Assembly: GCA_041946805.1 (NCBI GenBank)
Contig: JBHGBC010000192.1
Location: 1-10,582, forward strand
DNA: 10,582 nucleotides
Direction of reading: 5' to 3'
DNA from: a bacterium
Lineage (GTDB): Bacteria; Hinthialibacterota; Hinthialibacteria; Hinthialibacterales; Hinthialibacteraceae
Shown: positions 6,281 through 10,582 of the stretch, one piece after another
Position numbering within the stretch: the stretch's first letter is position 1
Layout of the letters: each line of letters begins with the position of its first letter
Made by a program: the position numbers and the translations under genes
The notes under the pieces: generated by a model
Database searches by the model: none
Told to the model about the DNA's origin: nothing
What the model saw: the letters and a program-made list of their open reading frames with translations, nothing else

Positions 6281-6877
6281 TCACGGCTCCGCGGGCTTGT
6301 CCGCTTTCAAGGCCGCCTCGAGCGCCTGGGTCAGTTCCGGGCTGGCGGGCGTGGTTTTGCTGCGGAAACGGTGGATCAGATTCCCGCCCCGGCCGATCAG
6401 GAACTTCTCGAAATTCCACTGGATGTCGCCCGTGAAGTCCGGATTCGGCTGGGCGGTCAGGAACCTGAACAAGGGATGCTGTTCATCGCCCTTCACGGAA
6501 ATTTTTGAAAACATGGGGAATTTCACATGATATTTGGTGGTGCAGAATTCCTTGATTTCATCGTTGGTCCCCGGTTCCTGTTGCTTGAAATCGTTGGCCG
6601 GGAAAGCCAGCACCTCGAATCCCTGCTCATGGTACTTTTTATAAATTTCCATGAGGTCCTTGTACTGGGGCGTGTATCCACAGAACGAGGCGGTGTTGAC
6701 GATCAATAACACCTTGCCCTTGTACCTCTCCAGTTTGACGGGCTTGCCGTCGATGTCTTTCAATGTGAAATCGTACAGGCATTGGGCTTTCTCCGGGGCG
6801 TCCGTGGCTTGCGCCCACACCCGGCCCGCGCCGCCCGCGGCCATTACCACGCCCAACGTGAGCAGCATGACTTTCAT
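6281..6877 (-). CDS. glutathione peroxidase family protein (Cys-type), with predicted signal peptide
   Basis: Signature motifs KVLLIVNTASFCGYTPQY, LAFPANDFKQQEPG, IKEFC and IQWNFEKFLI. Start ATG 6877 with GAAGGAG upstream. N-terminus MKVMLLTLGVVMAAGGAGRVWA|Q resembles a Sec signal. 198 aa. Confidence 0.93.
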   Translation of the reverse strand: MKVMLLTLGVVMAAGGAGRVWAQATDAPEKAQCLYDFTLKDIDGKPVKLERYKGKVLLIVNTASFCGYTPQYKDLMEIYKKYHEQGFEVLAFPANDFKQQEPGTNDEIKEFCTTKYHVKFPMFSKISVKGDEQHPLFRFLTAQPNPDFTGDIQWNFEKFLIGRGGNLIHRFRSKTTPASPELTQALEAALKADKPAEP

Positions 6878-6997
6878 CGCGATTTCTCCTTCTTCCGGAT
6901 TACGGTTATTGAGGAAATTGATGAATCCCCGCGTCCGCGAGGTTGCTTGTTTCATGTGGAACCAGCCGGCCGCCCAATCGAGGTGAGATCTCCACAC

Positions 6998-7027
6998 ACT
7001 ATAAAGAATATCCAAAATCCACATCAA
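6998..7027 (-). promoter_or_regulatory. possible promoter of the peroxidase gene
   Basis: Minus strand TTGATG-N18-TATAGT in an AT-rich intergenic patch. Confidence 0.3.
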
Positions 7028-7088
7028 CTCCAAAAAAACCCTCGATAGGTTGGCCGGCGCAGCAATGAGATGGAATCGCGGGAGATGA

Positions 7089-9302
7089 TTAAATTTTGAA
7101 CCGGGGAATCTGAAACACCCGCACGATGTCCGAATAATCGTCGGTCCACAGCCGTCTGCGTTTTTGGGCAGCCAGCGATTCCCACTTCGGCATCCGGGGC
7201 AGGCTGCCTAGATCCTCGGGCCGCCGGGCCATCACCACCCAGGTGGAGGGGGCTTTCATCGCCTTCCGTTCCCACGCGCCGGAGTTGTGATCGCGCCCCA
7301 CCCAGGCTTCCCAGCCCTGGTCCTGGGCCAGGCCCGCCATTACCGGTTCGAGGTTGAGAGTCCGGTTGCTGATGTGAAACACCAACAGGCCGTTCTCTTT
7401 CAGTTTGGATCGATACAGTTCGAGCGCTTCCCGGGTGAGAAGGTGTACGGGAATTGATCCGGAACTGAACGCGTCGAAAAAGATCGCGTCGTAATACTGG
7501 GCGGGAGCCGAATGCAGGGCGATCCGCCCGTCGCCCATCACAATCCGGACCGTGGCCGCGCTGTCCGCCAGGAACGTGAAAAATCCGGAATCCCGCGCCA
7601 CATACACCACCTGCGGATTGATTTCGTAAAAGGTGAATTCGTCGCCCGGCTGCCCGTAGGCGGCCAAGCTGCCGGTCCCCAGGCCGACGAGCCCGATCCG
7701 CCGCGGGCCGGTTTGGGCGCGCAAGACTTGAAAGGCGTCGGCGGCGGGTCCCGTGAAATCATAATAAGTCAGGGGGTATTGGCGTTCTTTCGGATCGCAA
7801 CTCTGAGCCCCGTGCAGGGTGGTGCCATGCAACAGCAGGCGGTAACGCTCGTCCGTATTCATGCGCACCAGCAGCGGACCGAAGAAATCCCGGTTTCGGT
7901 ATAGGACGGTCATGAAAAGATCGTTCGCCCAGGCTCCCAGGGCGATGAACGCCATCAAGGCCGCTCCCAATCCCGCCGGCCGGCTGATCCATTGGAATAG
8001 AAACGATCCGAACAGCGAGGACGCCGCAAAGAGCCCCACCATGCCGATGAAATAGGTGATGCTGGGATTCCCCGATACCAGCCCCCCCATCATGATGATC
8101 AATCCGGCGATGATCCCGGTCATATATACCCGGCTTCGGCTGCCCAGCTCGGCGGACTCTTCCTGGGGGCGCAACAGGCAGGAGGCGGCGATCATCAATG
8201 GATAATCGATCGTGCTTTTGAATATCAGCGGTGACACCAAGGCCATGAACAGTCCGCCTAACACCCCGCCGGCCGATAACCAGAGGTAAAATTCGGTTAA
8301 ATGGACCGGAGCGGGCCGGCTTTTCGCCAACTGCCCGTGACACATCATGGCGATCATGAAAAACGCGAAGAGGTGCAGCGGCAGATTGACCAGCAGGGGG
8401 ATTTTCCCTCCCCAGAAATAGAACAATACCGGCGGCAGCACCAGGTAAGGCTGCAAGGCCAGTATTACGGCGGGCCGCGGCCGGGGACGCCGGGCGAACG
8501 CCAGGATGTAGGTCACCAGGTACACCGCCAGGGGGATCACCCACAGCAGGGGGACGGCGGCGATGTCCGTGGTCATATATGTGGTCAATCCCAGCAGCAG
8601 GGCCGAGGGCACGAACGCCAACATCACCCAACGCAGGCGCAGGGCGGCCGGGATCCAGGTGGGGAGATTTTCCTCCCCGGGCGGATCCAACCGGGTTTCC
8701 GGTTGGGATCCAGGGGATTTCCAGACGATCACCGCGCAGATGAAGGTCAAGCCGCCCAGCAACGCGTACCCGGTGGTCCACAGCCCGGTCTGTGCGGGCA
8801 GACGCAGGAGAGGCTCCAACGCCAGGGGATAGCCCAATAACGCCGCCAGGCTGCCCAGGTTGCTGGCTCCATAGAGGAAATACGGATCCCGCGCGGCGGG
8901 ATGGCGGGTCTGTGCGAACCACATTTGCAGCATGGGCGCGGTCGCGGAAATCGCCAGCAGGGGAATCCCCAAGGTCACGAACATCAGTTTGAGTAATTGC
9001 CAGGCCGGCCACGCGGCCGCTCCTTCCGCCCAATCCGGCGGAATGGCGACAGGCAAATACCAAAAACCCAGCGCCAGAATCCCCAATTGCAACACCGCCT
9101 GCCGCCGGACTCCGAGCCGGCGGATCAGCCCATGGCTCAGGCCATACCCGGCCAGCAGCACCGCCTGGTAGAACACCATGCAAGTGTTCCACACGCTTGG
9201 CGAGCCGCCCAACAGGGGCAGGACCATTTTGGAAAACATCGGCTGGATCCAAAAAAGGAGAGCGGAACTAACCACTAACGTGGCCGCGAATACGAAGAGC
9301 AA
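7089..9302 (-). CDS. fused multi-pass membrane domain / spermidine-synthase-like class I SAM-fold protein
   Basis: 737 aa. The N-terminal ~460 aa is hydrophobic with family motifs QPMFSKMVLPLLGGSPSVWNTCMVFYQ, DPYFLYGASNLGS and LTEFYLWLSAGGVLGG. The C-terminal part has LLHGTTLHGAQ, LTYY, GLVGLGTGSLA, FYEINP, GDGR, DAFSS, HISNR and WTDDYS. TTG start with GGAGG 9 nt upstream. Confidence 0.9.
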   Translation of the reverse strand: MLFVFAATLVVSSALLFWIQPMFSKMVLPLLGGSPSVWNTCMVFYQAVLLAGYGLSHGLIRRLGVRRQAVLQLGILALGFWYLPVAIPPDWAEGAAAWPAWQLLKLMFVTLGIPLLAISATAPMLQMWFAQTRHPAARDPYFLYGASNLGSLAALLGYPLALEPLLRLPAQTGLWTTGYALLGGLTFICAVIVWKSPGSQPETRLDPPGEENLPTWIPAALRLRWVMLAFVPSALLLGLTTYMTTDIAAVPLLWVIPLAVYLVTYILAFARRPRPRPAVILALQPYLVLPPVLFYFWGGKIPLLVNLPLHLFAFFMIAMMCHGQLAKSRPAPVHLTEFYLWLSAGGVLGGLFMALVSPLIFKSTIDYPLMIAASCLLRPQEESAELGSRSRVYMTGIIAGLIIMMGGLVSGNPSITYFIGMVGLFAASSLFGSFLFQWISRPAGLGAALMAFIALGAWANDLFMTVLYRNRDFFGPLLVRMNTDERYRLLLHGTTLHGAQSCDPKERQYPLTYYDFTGPAADAFQVLRAQTGPRRIGLVGLGTGSLAAYGQPGDEFTFYEINPQVVYVARDSGFFTFLADSAATVRIVMGDGRIALHSAPAQYYDAIFFDAFSSGSIPVHLLTREALELYRSKLKENGLLVFHISNRTLNLEPVMAGLAQDQGWEAWVGRDHNSGAWERKAMKAPSTWVVMARRPEDLGSLPRMPKWESLAAQKRRRLWTDDYSDIVRVFQIPRFKI

Positions 9303-9507
9303 GGCCCAAAACCTCCCAGCGTTCCATTTCCGGGTACTTGAACGGAGGTACGGGGGAATGATGGAATCTGCGTGATGCGCGGAGGCTATTGTGTTCCGGC
9401 GAATGATCTTTGTACAGGCGGAGTCCCGGGAGGATGGCGCGCCGAGGGTTTATGGTACAGTCAAGTTTTTGCAACTCGTGATTGGCCGATGGTAGGCAGT
9501 GGATTGG

Positions 9508-9630
9508 GAACGTCAACGGCGCGGTATGGGCTAAATCCAGGGCGTAATCCCTGAAATGGCCCTGGGAGTAGAGATGAATTCCCTCTCCCTCTGGGAGAGG
9601 GTGAGGGTGAGGGGAGCCCTGAAAGGACGC
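9508..9630 (+). repeat. composite palindromic element (CAACGGCG..CCAGGGCGTAA..GCCCTGGG..AGCCCTGAAAGG), copy A
   Basis: 9508-9553 is 36/46 identical, ungapped, to 10526-10571. It continues with GCCCTGGGAG and, beyond an embedded CCCTCTCCC repeat, AGCCCTGAAAGGACGC. Confidence 0.7.
9577..9613 (+). repeat. REP-like palindromic repeat, CCCTCTCCC family, copy 3
   Basis: AATT-CCCTCTCCC-TCT-GGGAGAGGG-TGAGGGTGAGGG. Confidence 0.9.
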
Positions 9631-9692
9631 CTTGCATGGTATCCATGCCACCGGAGTAGGATTTGAAGGATCGGGGGATGATCCAACTGAAC

Positions 9693-10172
9693 CTAGGAAT
9701 CGATTTCCACTTCCTCGGCCGCCGGGACGCGCCGGACGGGGATCTGGAAGCCCACCGAATCCGCCAGGTTTTCCATGTCGAACGCCCGCCGGACGCTGGC
9801 TTCTTTCACGATGTCATGCAGCCGCTCGGACATGAGAGGACGTTCCAGAACCTGGAGGGACCGCAACGGCCCGAACAGCCGGCGCGCTTCTTCCGTCATC
9901 GGATCGAACACCAAAACGATCCGGCAATAGCGTGACAGCCCCCGCATCAGCCAGGCCAGGTAGACCGGATCGGGGATGGAGTCGCATTGTCCGATCACGC
10001 ACAAGTCCACCGGATTCTCGCGGGCGTGGTCCCACAGGTCCAGGTTGGAGGCGGCACGGATCAGCTTTCCCCCCGCCTCATCCACGCATTCAAACAAGAT
10101 GTTTTGTTCCTCGGGCCGCAACCCAAGCGTCACGGCCCGCAAACCGCCGGTTTCTCTACGCGGAGCGATCAT
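9693..10172 (-). CDS. hypothetical protein, probable atypical (pseudo-)receiver domain
   Basis: 159 aa from ATG 10172 (GAGGTG 6 nt upstream; the track's GTG start at 10181 lies inside this RBS). Alternating beta/alpha pattern resembling the CheY fold: PVDLCVIG, RIVLVF, VLERPLMSERLHDIVKEA. Confidence 0.65.
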   Translation of the reverse strand: MIAPRRETGGLRAVTLGLRPEEQNILFECVDEAGGKLIRAASNLDLWDHARENPVDLCVIGQCDSIPDPVYLAWLMRGLSRYCRIVLVFDPMTEEARRLFGPLRSLQVLERPLMSERLHDIVKEASVRRAFDMENLADSVGFQIPVRRVPAAEEVEIDS

Positions 10173-10229
10173 GATGTTCACCTCATGCCGAACATTTTCA
10201 GCCGGTTATACACCCTCCGGCGTGTTCAT

Positions 10230-10450
10230 TCCAAACCAAATCAATCGGCAATGGAGATAGTAATACGAAAGGTGTGTCGTTGTCAGAAAGAGAAAAAAAA
10301 TGCGGAAGAAGAATGGAAAAACCGCCAAGGAAAGAAAGGGGAATGGACAAAGAGTGTGGACTTTTTTTGAATAATATAGTATTTCTATTAGAGGTACATA
10401 TACCTAATTTGAAATTACAATAAGCTAATCCGGCAAGAGCGTACATTTTT
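10230..10450. promoter_or_regulatory. AT-rich upstream regulatory region with imperfect palindrome
   Basis: Visibly AT-rich against GC-rich coding DNA. Contains AGGTA-CATA-TACCT (10392-10405) and AATTT-G-AAATT (10406-10416). No convincing -35/-10 pair was identified. Confidence 0.35.
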
Positions 10451-10525
10451 CCGAATGCGGAACCGGATATCGATTGGACTGGTTAAGGCGATCGGTTCTA
10501 TTTACCGGTTTGTAATGCATCCCTT

Positions 10526-10575
10526 GAGCGCCAACGGCGCGGCATGAGTATAGCCCAGGGCGTAAGCCCTGGGAG
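10526..10575 (+). repeat. composite palindromic element, copy B (probably truncated by the window end)
   Basis: GAGCGCCAACGGCGC hairpin, then TAG-CCCAGGGC-GTAA-GCCCTGGG (perfect 8-bp stem). Homologous to 9508-9568. Confidence 0.78.
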
Positions 10576-10582
10576 GGATAAA

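Noticed and set aside
6015..6419. N-terminal extension of MarR to 293 aa
   Set aside because: It overlaps the peroxidase 3' end and crosses its terminator and the marR promoter. ATG 6014 has its own RBS.
6878..7033. 52-aa N-terminal extension of the peroxidase, and a possible selenocysteine
   Set aside because: The RBS and signal peptide favour ATG 6877, and the active-site codon is TGT with no in-frame TGA.
7030..7055. Possible terminator after the membrane/SAM gene (minus strand AACC..GGTT plus T-run)
   Set aside because: The stem is only about 4-5 bp and overlaps the T tract, too weak to call.
9268..9651. 127-aa minus-strand ORF upstream of the membrane/SAM protein
   Set aside because: Repeat-derived peptide, out-of-frame overlap with the 9302 start, no recognisable domain.
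10198..10446. Short ORFs in the AT-rich region (10198-10446 minus, 9987-10370 plus)
   Set aside because: Low-complexity composition, AT-rich codon usage unlike the real genes, no clear RBS or motifs.

Overview
GC-rich bacterial chromosomal window with six credible genes. On the + strand is a DgoD-like galactonate dehydratase with a twin-arginine-like N-terminal extension. On the - strand are a three-domain MFS(LplT-like)/acyltransferase/acyl-ACP synthetase fusion (Aas-like), a MarR regulator, a Cys-type glutathione peroxidase with a signal peptide, a fused membrane/spermidine-synthase-like SAM-fold protein and a small probable pseudo-receiver protein. The most unusual signal is non-coding. 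Four intergenic gaps and the right window end contain short palindromic or tandem repeats from about five or six distinct families (CCCTCTCCC hairpins, GTAG-tagged REPs, a GTC-tagged/dRS3-like hairpin, CATCCTG 9-mers, CCCAGGGC..GCCCTGGG elements). They are stacked in a ~295 bp mosaic at 5238-5532 and nested at 9508-9630. No transposase, nuclease, tRNA, rRNA or CRISPR array was seen, and no clearly novel protein system could be demonstrated from sequence alone.
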